Source: Trueperaceae bacterium
GTDB lineage: Bacteria; Deinococcota; Deinococci; Deinococcales; Trueperaceae
Assembly (NCBI GenBank): GCA_965213925.1
Contig: OZ243927.1
Span: forward strand, 3,712,001 to 3,776,000
DNA: 64,000 bases
Reading direction: 5' to 3'
Part shown: positions 9,945 to 22,518 of the stretch, piece by piece
How the letters are laid out: each line of letters starts with the position of its first letter
Position numbering within the stretch: position 1 is the stretch's first letter
Made by a program: the position numbers and the translations under genes
The notes under the pieces: model-generated
Told to the model about the DNA's origin: nothing
Seen by the model: the letters and a program-made list of their open reading frames with translations, nothing else
Database searches by the model: none

Positions 9945-10508
9945 CTAGTTGTTAAGGTCTAAATCTTTCAACACAGAGAAGGGTGATTCGGGCTGCTCGA
10001 CCTTGACGGGCGCTTCGTGCTCGGGGTGATCGTTCAGGTTGACCCCGTCGAGCGAGAGCCCCTTACAAGTCTCTTTACAGAGTACCGTAAGTGGCAGGTC
10101 AATCGCAAAGATTTGCGCTAAAAGAGGGGCAAAGTCCACTTCGGGTTTTCCGAAGATGAGCATGTCGTCTTCGTCTTCGGACTCTTTTAAGGTCAAGTTG
10201 CCGTTGCCCGCTCTATACGCCATCGGGTAAACGAGGTCGGTGCGGAGCGTGGTCGCCACATCCGTTAAGCAGCGGCGACACTCCTGGACAGCCGTACCGG
10301 AGACATCTCCCATTAAAAGATAATCATCATCTCCGCCAGTCGAGCGCACGCTGAGGTGCCACGCTAAAGGCGTCTCGAGCCTCAATCCATCCGCCTCTAA
10401 AAGCGCCTCGTCCGGCATGAGTAGCCCGTTACCCTCAACCTCGCCCCCCGCTTCGGGGTCTTGCTTGAGCAAACTTGCTAAGTTGAGAATCGCATCTTGC
10501 CTAGACAT
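9945..10508 (-). CDS. DUF177/YceD family protein
   Basis: ECRRCL and LCKETCKGL motifs; directly upstream of rpmF. Probably leaderless (TACCCT, 6 nt, ATG). Confidence 0.88.
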   Translation of the reverse strand: MSRQDAILNLASLLKQDPEAGGEVEGNGLLMPDEALLEADGLRLETPLAWHLSVRSTGGDDDYLLMGDVSGTAVQECRRCLTDVATTLRTDLVYPMAYRAGNGNLTLKESEDEDDMLIFGKPEVDFAPLLAQIFAIDLPLTVLCKETCKGLSLDGVNLNDHPEHEAPVKVEQPESPFSVLKDLDLNN

Positions 10509-10568
10509 CCCATTAGGGTAAGGTCTCACGGCGTAGAGTGTCAAGGCGTGGTGAGACAGGGAAAAAGC

Positions 10569-10611
10569 AGGAGTTGGAATTCAGCGTAAAACCTACTGAA
10601 TTCTAACTCCT
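10569..10611. terminator. Palindrome (GAATTCAG family), probable terminator of the DHS-like gene
   Basis: Arms aggagttggaattcag / ctgaattctaactcct, with a nearby T-run on the minus strand. Confidence 0.55.
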
Positions 10612-10624
10612 TGACTACTACCTC

Positions 10625-11662
10625 TTACACCCCCACTGCCTCTTTCGCCGCAAAGAGCTTGTTGTACCCTCTCGCTTCGCGCCCCTCCCAACCGCGCTTA
10701 TGATAGGCGTAGCCAGCGATGAGAGGCAGCGTCACCGTCGCCTCGCCGTAGACCATCTGCTCGTAAGCCAAGTCCACTTTGCCCCACGAGTTCGCCTCTT
10801 TCAAGGTCGAGCCGGAGAGTGCGCCGTCGCGCTCGTCGGCGACGGTGAGTTGCACGGCGTACTTATGCATCGCCGCGGCGTGCCCTAAAAATTCGGCGGA
10901 GACGACGATGTCTTGCACGAAGTTTTTGGGCACGCCGCCACCGATCATGAAGATACCCGTCGTCCCTTGCGCGATTTTGACTTGAGTAAGTTCGCGAAAG
11001 TCTTTCACTGAGTCGATGGAGACGTGCGCGTCGGGGTTGTGGGTTTGGTGGAACACGAGCCCGAAGCCCGCCGAGCAGTCGCTGAAGGCAGGGACGAAGA
11101 TGGGAACGCCCCGTTCGAAGCACTCGCGAACGATGGAGTCCTGTCCCAAGTCGTTCTGAACGAGGTAGCGTCCCATCTCTACGATGAACTCGCGGGAGCT
11201 GTACGCGCTCGGCTTCATGTCGTCCGCAATCTGCCGAATCGTGTCGTCGCAGACGCGCAGTTCGTCCTCGTTAATGTACGTGTCGTAAATCCGGTCGATG
11301 GCGAGTTCACGCAGGGTGTTATCGTCCGCCGCCGTATCGCCCTGATAATGTTTGTAGCCGAGCCCTTCGAAGAAGTCCTGGTCTACGATGTTCGCGCCCG
11401 TCGCGACGATGGCGTCTACCATATTGTTGCGAATGAGGTCCAAAACGACGAGCTTTTGCCCCGCCGAGATAATGCTGCCCGCGAGTGTCAAGACGATGCC
11501 TGCGTCCTCGTCGCGAATCATTATGTCGTAGATGCCTGCGGCGCGTGCGAGCGTCCGCGCTGAAAAGGCAGTTTTGCCCATCGCCTCGACGAGCGGCACG
11601 ACGTTGGTTTCTTTGATGTCGATATGTTCGACGGTGTCTTTGAGGAAATCTTGCTTTTGCAT
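10625..11662 (-). CDS. Deoxyhypusine synthase-like protein (SpeY-type, homospermidine biosynthesis)
   Basis: DGALSGSTLKEANSWGK, GGGVPKNF and IDRIYD motifs. Confidence 0.88.
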   Translation of the reverse strand: MQKQDFLKDTVEHIDIKETNVVPLVEAMGKTAFSARTLARAAGIYDIMIRDEDAGIVLTLAGSIISAGQKLVVLDLIRNNMVDAIVATGANIVDQDFFEGLGYKHYQGDTAADDNTLRELAIDRIYDTYINEDELRVCDDTIRQIADDMKPSAYSSREFIVEMGRYLVQNDLGQDSIVRECFERGVPIFVPAFSDCSAGFGLVFHQTHNPDAHVSIDSVKDFRELTQVKIAQGTTGIFMIGGGVPKNFVQDIVVSAEFLGHAAAMHKYAVQLTVADERDGALSGSTLKEANSWGKVDLAYEQMVYGEATVTLPLIAGYAYHKRGWEGREARGYNKLFAAKEAVGV

Positions 11663-11710
11663 CTTACTGAGCCTCCACTCGAGTCTAAACGTAGTCTTAG
11701 TTGCCCGCTT

Positions 11711-11739
11711 AGTGTAGCCGTGGTTTTAGCAAGGTGCAA
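11711..11739 (-). promoter_or_regulatory. Sigma70-type promoter of the DHS-like gene
   Basis: Minus strand TTGCAC-17 nt-TACACT. Confidence 0.55.
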
Positions 11740-11915
11740 AGAAAAAGACCACGGCGTTTTGGAGTCCTACGGCTCTTATTTGAGTAGAGAATCTAGGAGC
11801 CGCCATCGGTACTCCCCATGGCTGATATCTCAATGATGAGGGATGGGAGAGGAAAAATCAAGAGGTCGAGAGGCGAACCGGTTACGAACGAGCACCCCAA
11901 CTTGCTATTTATTTC

Positions 11916-12572
11916 TCACCGCTCTATCGGCGCGAGCCCTAAACGCACGATGTAGCGCTGCGCCCCGCGCTTTTGTTGATAGCGCTTCAAGAGGTCGAAC
12001 ATCTCGCGCTGCAGCGCCTTGGCGTCCTCGAAGTCGAGGTACGCTTCGCGCCAGGCGGAGAGGACGGCGGGGTCGTCGTTCGCTAAGGTCGTGAGGTTTT
12101 GCTCGGGCGCTACGGCCATCTGTACCTGCAGGCGTCCGCGAGCGTCCCGGTAGATGCGCGTGCCGTAGGTCTCCACTTTTTCCAACCGCGCACGCACGAC
12201 GTTGTGGCGCAAGAGGTCTTGCCAGTAGGCGTCGCGCTCAGCTAAGGCCGCCTCCAAAGACTCCGCTGAGGTCGCTTCGAAGGGGATGAAAAAGCCGTCC
12301 GCGACACCCCTATAGACCTTGAGCGCCCGCCCCTGGCGCGGTTCTTCGCGCACGACCTCTAAAAGACCCGCCCTGAGAAAGCGCCGCACCCGCGACAGCA
12401 CCGTGTTCGGCTTTTCGCCCGTCTCCTGCGCCGCCTCTTTTACGGTCATCTCCCTCGCCAAAAACGGCTCTAGTTGCCGCAATGTGTGGGGGTTGGTTAG
12501 GATAGCAGCGGCTTCAGGGTTGTCGACGCTCAGAATGCTAGGTGAAGTTCTGCGTGACTTTTGCTCTTTCAT
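11916..12572 (-). CDS. Winged-helix (ArsR-like) HTH protein
   Basis: LEPFLAREMTVKEAAQETGEKPNTVLSRVRRFLRAGLLEVV; resembles a family common in Deinococcota. Confidence 0.75.
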   Translation of the reverse strand: MKEQKSRRTSPSILSVDNPEAAAILTNPHTLRQLEPFLAREMTVKEAAQETGEKPNTVLSRVRRFLRAGLLEVVREEPRQGRALKVYRGVADGFFIPFEATSAESLEAALAERDAYWQDLLRHNVVRARLEKVETYGTRIYRDARGRLQVQMAVAPEQNLTTLANDDPAVLSAWREAYLDFEDAKALQREMFDLLKRYQQKRGAQRYIVRLGLAPIER

Positions 12573-12613
12573 ATCACCTAGCTTACCTCCAAAATGAGAT
12601 GTGGAGGCGAGAG

Positions 12614-13327
12614 GTGAAGTTTACTGAGGAGAAAATAAAACAGCAAATTGAGTACTACCGCGCCAGAGCGTCCGAATATGATGAGTGGTTTTTGCGGCAA
12701 GGGCGTTATAACCGAGGTGAAGAACATAAGGCGCAGTGGTTCGAAGAGGTCGCGCAACTCCAGAAGGCGCTAGAGGATTTTGAACCGCGCGGAGACGCGC
12801 TCGAGCTTGCCTGCGGCACGGGTTGGTGGACGGAGCACTTGACCCCTTACGCTCATTCGCTCACGGCGGTGGATGCGTCGGCGGAGGTGCTCGAGCTAAA
12901 CCGCCAGCGCGTCCAGTCTGACAAGGTGAACTACGTCCAAGCTGACCTCTTCGCGTGGCTTTCTGAAAGGCAACCCGAACGGAAGTTCGACACGATATTC
13001 TTCAGCTTTTGGCTCTCCCACGTGCCACCAGAACGGTTCGACTCCTTTTGGAGTTCGCTGCGAAGCTGGCTCGAGCCTGGCGGAAGGGTGTTTTTGATCG
13101 ACTCGAGCTACGAAGTTTCGAGCACCGCTAAAGACCAACACCTGAGAGGTCCGGATGACAGCGTCGTGACGCGCAGGCTCAACGACGGGCAGACCTTCGA
13201 CATCGTCAAGGTTTTTTATCAGCCCGAGGCTTTGGAAAAGAGGCTCGAGTCTTTAGGCTGGCGCGCCGAAGCCGAGCAAACTGACACCTTTTTCCTCTAC
13301 GCGAATACCACACTTAAAGAGGTCTAA
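12614..13327 (+). CDS. Class I SAM-dependent methyltransferase
   Basis: LELACGTG, VDAS and FWLSHVP motifs. Start uncertain (12599 or 12614). Confidence 0.85.
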   Translation: MKFTEEKIKQQIEYYRARASEYDEWFLRQGRYNRGEEHKAQWFEEVAQLQKALEDFEPRGDALELACGTGWWTEHLTPYAHSLTAVDASAEVLELNRQRVQSDKVNYVQADLFAWLSERQPERKFDTIFFSFWLSHVPPERFDSFWSSLRSWLEPGGRVFLIDSSYEVSSTAKDQHLRGPDDSVVTRRLNDGQTFDIVKVFYQPEALEKRLESLGWRAEAEQTDTFFLYANTTLKEV

Positions 13328-13455
13328 ATGCAGGTCAACTGTGTAAAGTGAAGAACTTCACCTACGGGTAAAAGGCAAAAGGCGCGGTAAGATAGACGAA
13401 ACGTCGCAACCCTCCACCACCCCCTCAGACACGAAAAGCAATGAAGGAGTTCCAC

Positions 13456-16191
<2,736 letters not shown>

Positions 16192-16210
16192 CTTTAGTAG
16201 ACAGAACGGC

Positions 16211-16238
16211 GTAGGGGCGATTCATGAATTACCCCTAC
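16211..16238. repeat. GTAG-type REP palindrome
   Basis: gtaggggcgattcatgaattacccctac. Confidence 0.65.
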
Positions 16239-16332
16239 TTCTGTGAAAATTTCGCGGAACGCTTCTAAACAGGTCTTTCATACTTAGAAAGAGGCGCTGA
16301 GGTGCCTTAATTTAGAGTTTTAGGAATCCACC

Positions 16333-16941
16333 ATGATAAGACCTGTTTTACTCGTATCTACTATCCTTTTCTTACTTGTCTCATGCGCTCCGGGTGCGAC
16401 AACCGCGTCTAATAGTGTTTATGCATCTCAAAACTACGCTGAGCAGGTGTCTGAACACCATTTCCGTCATGTAGTGACCTTCTCTGATAGACGTAGCGGC
16501 AAGAAGCGAAAGAAAGCGGTAGTACCTATTCAGGCGGGCAAGACTTTCCTCTTTGAAGCTAACTACAACATTGAGGGGAAAATCCGTGCTCTATATTCTC
16601 AGAAGGATAAAAAAGGTGATGCTATCATCTACGATACGACAGCTAAGTTCAAGCAGGTAGCGATAAAGGTACCTGAAGGCTGGAGTGTAAGACTCGAGGC
16701 AATCCAGAAACGAGTCGTTTTTGACCCCTCAGCTAAAGCGCCTCCCGAATTGTCTGGCGTTCCCATTCGTGTGAATATGGGAGGCAAAGCCAAGGCGACT
16801 AAACAAGGCATTGTCACCTTCGCTGAGGCAGTAGAGGTTTCCGTACCGCAAAATGTGCAACCCGGACGATATTCGGTAAAAACGCAGTATAAATCTAAAG
16901 ATGATACCGAGTCGCTCGAGTTCATCGTAGAAGTTCTCTAG
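16333..16941 (+). CDS. Hypothetical Lys-rich lipoprotein
   Basis: Signal peptide ending in LVSC lipobox; more AT-rich than neighbouring genes. Confidence 0.7.
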   Translation: MIRPVLLVSTILFLLVSCAPGATTASNSVYASQNYAEQVSEHHFRHVVTFSDRRSGKKRKKAVVPIQAGKTFLFEANYNIEGKIRALYSQKDKKGDAIIYDTTAKFKQVAIKVPEGWSVRLEAIQKRVVFDPSAKAPPELSGVPIRVNMGGKAKATKQGIVTFAEAVEVSVPQNVQPGRYSVKTQYKSKDDTESLEFIVEVL

Positions 16942-17006
16942 CACGAGATAGGGGCGGGCTCGAAGCTCGCCCCTCGACAATTTGCTATGTTGGCATGACC
17001 GAGCTT

Positions 17007-19385
17007 CTAAACAGTGCGTATAAGAACGACGCCTTGGCTATCCGCCAAGGTCACGGGCGCATCGGCGCGTTCAAACGTCACACCCGGCGCGGCGAGCACG
17101 AGCCTCCAGCCTTCTGACTCCAACCCCGCCAAGGGCAGTTCGGTCGGCGTCACCTCTACGGGGTCGCCCTCCATGTTCGCCACGAAGAGCACCTGCTCGT
17201 CGCCCGCTGGCGAGGTGCGCAGGCTGTAAAAGAGCGTCGCTTCGTCGGTTACGGTGTGCCCGTAATCGTCACCTTCACTCAGGTCACGCCTGAGCCAGAA
17301 ACGTTCGCGGCGAAACTCGCGCACGGCGAGGTTGAAGCTCGAGCGTCCCTCGTCCAAACGCTCTACCGATAGGCTTACGCTGCAAAAGTCGTGGAGGTCG
17401 TCCATAAAGGCTCTTGCGGTGCGTTTAAGCGCTGCCATCGAAAGCTCGGGACCCGCTAGGGGGGGTTCAACGTCCTTTAAGAGCACGACCATCGTGACCA
17501 GGCTGTAGCTCGTCAGCGTCATAGTTTTGACGAGTTCCTCCATAAAGCGGCGCAGCTCGCTTAGCTCCCCAAAGCCGAGCGCTTTAAGCCGCTTAAAGGT
17601 GTCGGCTTTCGCGTAGGCGATCTCGTCGACTTGCCACCACAAAAAGCGCGCCTCTTCCGACATGACTTTCACGCCGTAGAGGTCGTCGGTGTTGCGGATG
17701 AAGCCCCAAGGCGCGTGCACCGCGGCGTTGAGAAAGTCCATCGGCACGCCCGGAAAGCTGGCGTAGGCGAGCAGATGCGCCGCCGGGTTGTCGTAGGCGT
17801 TGCGTAAAATATCGGGGAGGTGTTCGCCTAAACGCTCGTTGATGGGCTCGCCTAAGCTAATCTGCGTGCCGCGCCGCACCGTGTCGTGGTTTGCGCAGCC
17901 CGAAATCCAGTGGCTGCCCTTCGTGTAAATCTCCTCGACGCGCCACCAACGCTCGCGCCAGAAGCCGCGCAGAGCGGGCGTGTTGTGCGCAAACGTCAAA
18001 GGACCCCACTGAAAGGTGTCGGGCTGCTGCTTGATCACGTCGTCGTAGGTCGAGGCGGTCATCCAGTCTTCGCGGGGCCAGGGTCTGCCGTCTTCGAAGA
18101 TCATCCAGGGGTAGTAACGCACGCCCGCGACCTCTTGCTCGACGTCGCTCATCTTTTGCAAGTAGTCGTCGTCGTGCTCGACAGCTTGTTTTTCGGCGTT
18201 CCACACCTTGAAGTCCTGCGCGCCGTCCACGCGCACGCCGTCCGCGCCGATGTCGACCTTGCGGCGCTGCATCTCGAGCATCACAGCGCGCACCACCGGA
18301 TGCTTCTGGTTCACGTCCTGCCCGTACATGTTGGGGCCGCGAAACCAGTACGCATTGAGCAAGCTGAGCGCCTGATTGTCCGCGTGTCCGTAGACCACGT
18401 CGAGAATAAGCTTGATCGGTTTGCCGGGAAAGTTGTGGAGCGCCGCCACAAAGTCTAAAACCTCGTCAGGACGCCTCGTCTCCAAGAGGACGGGGTTGGT
18501 CGCAGAGGACGCGGACAAGACGATGTCGTAGCCCCAGTTGGTCATGTTGGGGCGGCGGAGCTGAACGTTCAGCGCGACGACCTCGTTACTTTTGTCGTCG
18601 ATCTCTAAGGGCTGCCAGAAGTGCGGTCCCATCTCGTACTCGATAAGGGGCTCAAAGGGGAGCGGTTGAATGGCGTCATAGCCCAAATAGACCCGCTCTT
18701 CCGGGGTGAGCGCTTCGCCCGCGCGCACCTTGTCGGCGATACGTTCTAGCGCATGGGTAAGCCCGGCGAGCGTGCCGTTCGCCGTCGCCGTCGGCACGTG
18801 AAGCTGCAAGATGTTCGTCGTCGGCGAAAAGTGAACGACTTGCCCCGCTTCGGCGAGGCGCGCGTAGTAGTCCTTGTCCTTGCGCTCAGCTTGCATCCGC
18901 GCCACGTCGTAAAACTCGGCGGGCGCAAACGCGCCGAAGGGCAGCGAGGCGGCGAGCACGTCCGGGGAGGTCTCCCAGCCCCCTTTCGCCTCTTGATAGG
19001 TCAGCCAGTACAAGCTGCCGAGTTCGTTGCGACTGCCCGCTGTCATCCCCTCGACGACACCCCAGAGATAGTCACCCTCCTGCGCCAAAGACACGAGTTC
19101 GCGCCGAAAGGAGACCTCTTGCAAGGGCGCTGAGAGGTCGATGTCGGAGCGCGGCGTGTAGACCTCTAAAAAGATGCGCTCCGGCGAGATACCGCGCTGC
19201 GCGAGTTCGGGCACCCAAAAGCCCAGCTCAGCCTTTCCGTCGACAAGGTGAGCGCCCAAGCGTCTAACGAGGTGCTGCGCGGCGACGAAGGGGTCTTCGT
19301 GGGTCTGCTGAACGTCCTGAGCCCAAGCGACGAGGTCGGCGGTAGCGTCCTGTAAAAGGCGGCATTGTGTAGGTGCGTCAATCAT
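17007..19385 (-). CDS. gghA: Glucosylglycerol hydrolase (GH13-like)
   Basis: NWGYD, DVVYGHADNQ, RVDGAQDF, FEDGRPWP and CANHDTVRRG motifs as in cyanobacterial GghA. Confidence 0.8.
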   Translation of the reverse strand: MIDAPTQCRLLQDATADLVAWAQDVQQTHEDPFVAAQHLVRRLGAHLVDGKAELGFWVPELAQRGISPERIFLEVYTPRSDIDLSAPLQEVSFRRELVSLAQEGDYLWGVVEGMTAGSRNELGSLYWLTYQEAKGGWETSPDVLAASLPFGAFAPAEFYDVARMQAERKDKDYYARLAEAGQVVHFSPTTNILQLHVPTATANGTLAGLTHALERIADKVRAGEALTPEERVYLGYDAIQPLPFEPLIEYEMGPHFWQPLEIDDKSNEVVALNVQLRRPNMTNWGYDIVLSASSATNPVLLETRRPDEVLDFVAALHNFPGKPIKLILDVVYGHADNQALSLLNAYWFRGPNMYGQDVNQKHPVVRAVMLEMQRRKVDIGADGVRVDGAQDFKVWNAEKQAVEHDDDYLQKMSDVEQEVAGVRYYPWMIFEDGRPWPREDWMTASTYDDVIKQQPDTFQWGPLTFAHNTPALRGFWRERWWRVEEIYTKGSHWISGCANHDTVRRGTQISLGEPINERLGEHLPDILRNAYDNPAAHLLAYASFPGVPMDFLNAAVHAPWGFIRNTDDLYGVKVMSEEARFLWWQVDEIAYAKADTFKRLKALGFGELSELRRFMEELVKTMTLTSYSLVTMVVLLKDVEPPLAGPELSMAALKRTARAFMDDLHDFCSVSLSVERLDEGRSSFNLAVREFRRERFWLRRDLSEGDDYGHTVTDEATLFYSLRTSPAGDEQVLFVANMEGDPVEVTPTELPLAGLESEGWRLVLAAPGVTFERADAPVTLADSQGVVLIRTV

Positions 19386-19773
19386 AATTATCTCAGCCTA
19401 CCCCATAATAATGCCGCGTGAAAGAGCAGAGGGAAAACGCTATCAACGTGGTGGCTTAGAGGCTACAACGGCGCTCCAGACGGAGCCGTTACGCATCTGA
19501 GCCACCCAAAGCTCTGAGAAAGGTCCAGAACTAAATGCCGCCTGACACGCGGTTCTTTCGCACCGATACCCCGAGCTAGTGAGACGCAGTGACGCGCGGT
19601 GAGCCATGCTCGGCGGGCTTAAAGAACGATTCGGTACGTTCTCTGCTAGTGTACCCAGGCTCCGAAGGACGTATCATTTGAAAGCAACGTCACATGGGTG
19701 AGATTGTAGGTCGCGCAACAAAATGGTAGATTAGCGGCAGCAACTTAAGCAGTCAATATCTGGAGGTTTACAC

Positions 19774-21336
19774 ATGCCCATACTTAGATGGTTCCTCATC
19801 GCCCTTTTGTTCCTACCCGTGGTCGCCGCGCAAGGGACGCTCAACTATCCTATCGACGCCGACCCCGAAAGCCTGGACGCTTGGCGCACGACGACCGTGG
19901 CGTCGCGGCGCATCCTCGACAACGTCTACGAGGGCTTGACCACGCTCGACCCGGAAACAGCGGAAATCGTCCCCGGACTCGCCGAATCGTGGGAGGTCTC
20001 GGAGGACGGGCTCACCTACACCTTTACGCTCCGCGAGGGCGTCTTGTTTCAAGAGGTCGAGGGCGTCGAGTATGAAAACCGAGAGCTGAGCGCGGAAGAC
20101 GTGGTCTGGTCCTGGACGCGCTACCTCACGGAAGACACCAGTATCTCGGAGCACCCGGAATATTTAAGCGCCGTGGCGGGCGCAGAGGCGTATCTGGCGG
20201 GGGAAGCCGAGAGCGTGTCGGGGCTCAATGTGGTGGATGACACTACCCTCGAGGTCACCCTAGCCCAACCCAACCACCGCTTCTTAGCAGACCTTATCAA
20301 CGCCTACGTCGTGCCCGAAGAGGCGTTAGAAGGCTTGGGCGAAGAGCTTTCGAACCGTCCGGTCGGCACGGGGCCGTTTATGCTCGAAAGGTGGAACCGC
20401 GACGACCAGCTCATCTTGGTTAAAAACCCCGACTACTGGGAAGCGGGCTTGCCACATCTGGATAGCGTACGCTTCTTGAACGTGCCCGAAGCGAGCACGG
20501 GCCTACTGCAGTACCGCGAGGGCGAGTTGGACCTCTTGCTCGACATCCCCTCCGCGCAGATGGAGTCCGTAAGGCAAGAATTCGCCGACGAGTTCTACGA
20601 AGCGCCGGGGCTCAACGTGCGCTACTGGGGCTTCAAGATGACGGGCGAGCCCTTCGGCAGCAACCCCACACTGCGCCAGGCGCTCAACTACGCGGTGGAC
20701 CGCGAGCTGATCTGGAACGTGCTGATGGAGGGCGCGCGTCGTCCCGGCACAGCGGGCGTCTTGCCGCCCGAGATGCCCGCGGCGGACGTGCCGGGCTACG
20801 AGTACGACGTCGAGCGTGCCAGAGAACTGCTCGCCGAGGCAGGCTACCCGGAGGGCGAAGGTTTGGAACCCGTCACGCTCTACTACTTCGCCTCCGCCGA
20901 GGACGCGCCGCAGCTCGCCTTCCAGGACATGATGCGGCAAATAGGCGTGACGGTCAACCTACAAAAAGAGGACAACTCGACCTACTGGAGCCATATCGGT
21001 GAGGACGACGTGCAGCTTTTCTTGTCGGGCTGGAGCGCCGACTTCGCCGACCCGAGCGAGGTGTTCGACTTCTTGTTCCGCGACGGCCGCGACGACACCC
21101 AGTACGACAACCCCGAAGTGAACGAACTCCTAGCCGAAGCGAACGCGCTGACCGACGACGAGGCGCGCAACGCGCTCTACCGCGAAATCCATGAGATCAT
21201 CGTGGCGGACGCGCCCTGGATCGTCTCGGCGTACTCGACTATCACCTTTTTGCAAAAACCTTATGTGGAAGGGCTCAGTGTCTCCCCCGCAGGTCTTTAC
21301 CGCGCGCCGCTCAAGTACGTCGAGATCAACCGGTAA
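19774..21336 (+). CDS. ABC transporter substrate-binding protein (SBP family 5, Opp/Dpp)
   Basis: VYEGL, PGLAESWEVSEDGLTYTFTLR and PVGTGPF motifs. Confidence 0.92.
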   Translation: MPILRWFLIALLFLPVVAAQGTLNYPIDADPESLDAWRTTTVASRRILDNVYEGLTTLDPETAEIVPGLAESWEVSEDGLTYTFTLREGVLFQEVEGVEYENRELSAEDVVWSWTRYLTEDTSISEHPEYLSAVAGAEAYLAGEAESVSGLNVVDDTTLEVTLAQPNHRFLADLINAYVVPEEALEGLGEELSNRPVGTGPFMLERWNRDDQLILVKNPDYWEAGLPHLDSVRFLNVPEASTGLLQYREGELDLLLDIPSAQMESVRQEFADEFYEAPGLNVRYWGFKMTGEPFGSNPTLRQALNYAVDRELIWNVLMEGARRPGTAGVLPPEMPAADVPGYEYDVERARELLAEAGYPEGEGLEPVTLYYFASAEDAPQLAFQDMMRQIGVTVNLQKEDNSTYWSHIGEDDVQLFLSGWSADFADPSEVFDFLFRDGRDDTQYDNPEVNELLAEANALTDDEARNALYREIHEIIVADAPWIVSAYSTITFLQKPYVEGLSVSPAGLYRAPLKYVEINR

Positions 21337-21573
21337 TGCGCTTGAACGCTTCTGTCAGGGCATCTTGAATCCTGATGGGGTGACGGCAGCGTGGTGAAGC
21401 CTACTCCTTTGAGCCAGGTTGAAGCAGAGCTTGAAGCTCTGCTTCCCCATCCTGCTCGCTACACCTCTCAGCGCGCAGCTCGAGAGGTCTCCCCTGTTTT
21501 CCAAAGCAACACCTACACCGTAGATTTTTATGTAGACGTCTGCACAAACCTCTTTGAAGGGCGTCGTCACTAG

Positions 21574-22518
21574 ATGTTCCAATACGTCCTGCAAAGGCTC
21601 CTGCTCGCCGTCCCCACCCTACTCGGCGTCTTCAGCATCATCTTCGCGCTCACCTACCTGATGCCGGGCGACCCGGTGCGCGCGGCGATGGGCGAGAACT
21701 ACCGCCGCGCCGACCCCGAGACTATCGAGCGGGTGCGCGAGCGCTTAGGCTTGAACGACCCCTGGTACGTACAGTACACGCGCTTTTTGGGGCGCACGGT
21801 GCGCGGCGACTTGGGCGAGAGCTTCGTTTTAGACGAGCCCGTCATGGGCATTATCCGCTACCGCTTCCCGCGCACCGTGCAGCTCATGGCGGCGGCGCTC
21901 CTCGTCGCTATTGCCATCGGAATTCCGGCGGGTCTTTTGGCGGCGCGCTACCAGTACACCTGGGTGGACCACACCTTGATGCTCGTCGCGCTCATCGGCG
22001 TCGCCATGCCGGTCTTCTGGCAGGCGATTCTCGCCAAGATTTTTCTGACGCAGGACACGTACGGGATCGCGCTCTTCCCGGTCGCGGGCTACGGCGGCGG
22101 CAACCCGCTCTACATGGTGCTGCCCTCCTTGGTCTTAGGCACGCACCTGAGCGCGACCATCGCCCGCGTGATGCGCTCGTCGCTCCTAGAGGAGCGGAGC
22201 AAGGACTACTCGAGGACCGCCCGGTCGAAAGGTCTGAGCAGCGCCCAGATCATCACCCGCCACCAGCTCCGCAACGCGCTGATTCCGGTTCTGACCGTGA
22301 TCGGTTTGGACGTGGGCTACCTCTTAGGTGGCTCGGTGGTGACGGAGACCGTCTTTAACTGGCCCGGACTAGGGCGAGCGGTGGTCAACGCCATCTTCCG
22401 CCAGGACAGCCCGGTCATCATCGGCACGCTGGTCTTCGGCGCGGTGCTCTTTATCTTGGTCAACTTGGTCATCGACCTCTTATACGTGGCGCTCAACCCG
22501 CAGATTCAGTACACGTGA
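21574..22518 (+). CDS. ABC transporter permease (DppB/OppB)
   Basis: PGDP, RTARSKGL and ETVFNWPGLG motifs. Confidence 0.92.
   Translation: MFQYVLQRLLLAVPTLLGVFSIIFALTYLMPGDPVRAAMGENYRRADPETIERVRERLGLNDPWYVQYTRFLGRTVRGDLGESFVLDEPVMGIIRYRFPRTVQLMAAALLVAIAIGIPAGLLAARYQYTWVDHTLMLVALIGVAMPVFWQAILAKIFLTQDTYGIALFPVAGYGGGNPLYMVLPSLVLGTHLSATIARVMRSSLLEERSKDYSRTARSKGLSSAQIITRHQLRNALIPVLTVIGLDVGYLLGGSVVTETVFNWPGLGRAVVNAIFRQDSPVIIGTLVFGAVLFILVNLVIDLLYVALNPQIQYT

Noticed and set aside
11855..11905. ATCAAGAG resembling the start of a SAM-I riboswitch
   Set aside because: Lacks the rest of the core (GAGGGA, GGCCC, GCAACC) and points at a convergent gene end.
19668..19732. Possible further copy of the 76-bp element (gtatcattt...aaatggta)
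   Set aside because: Match too weak to support.
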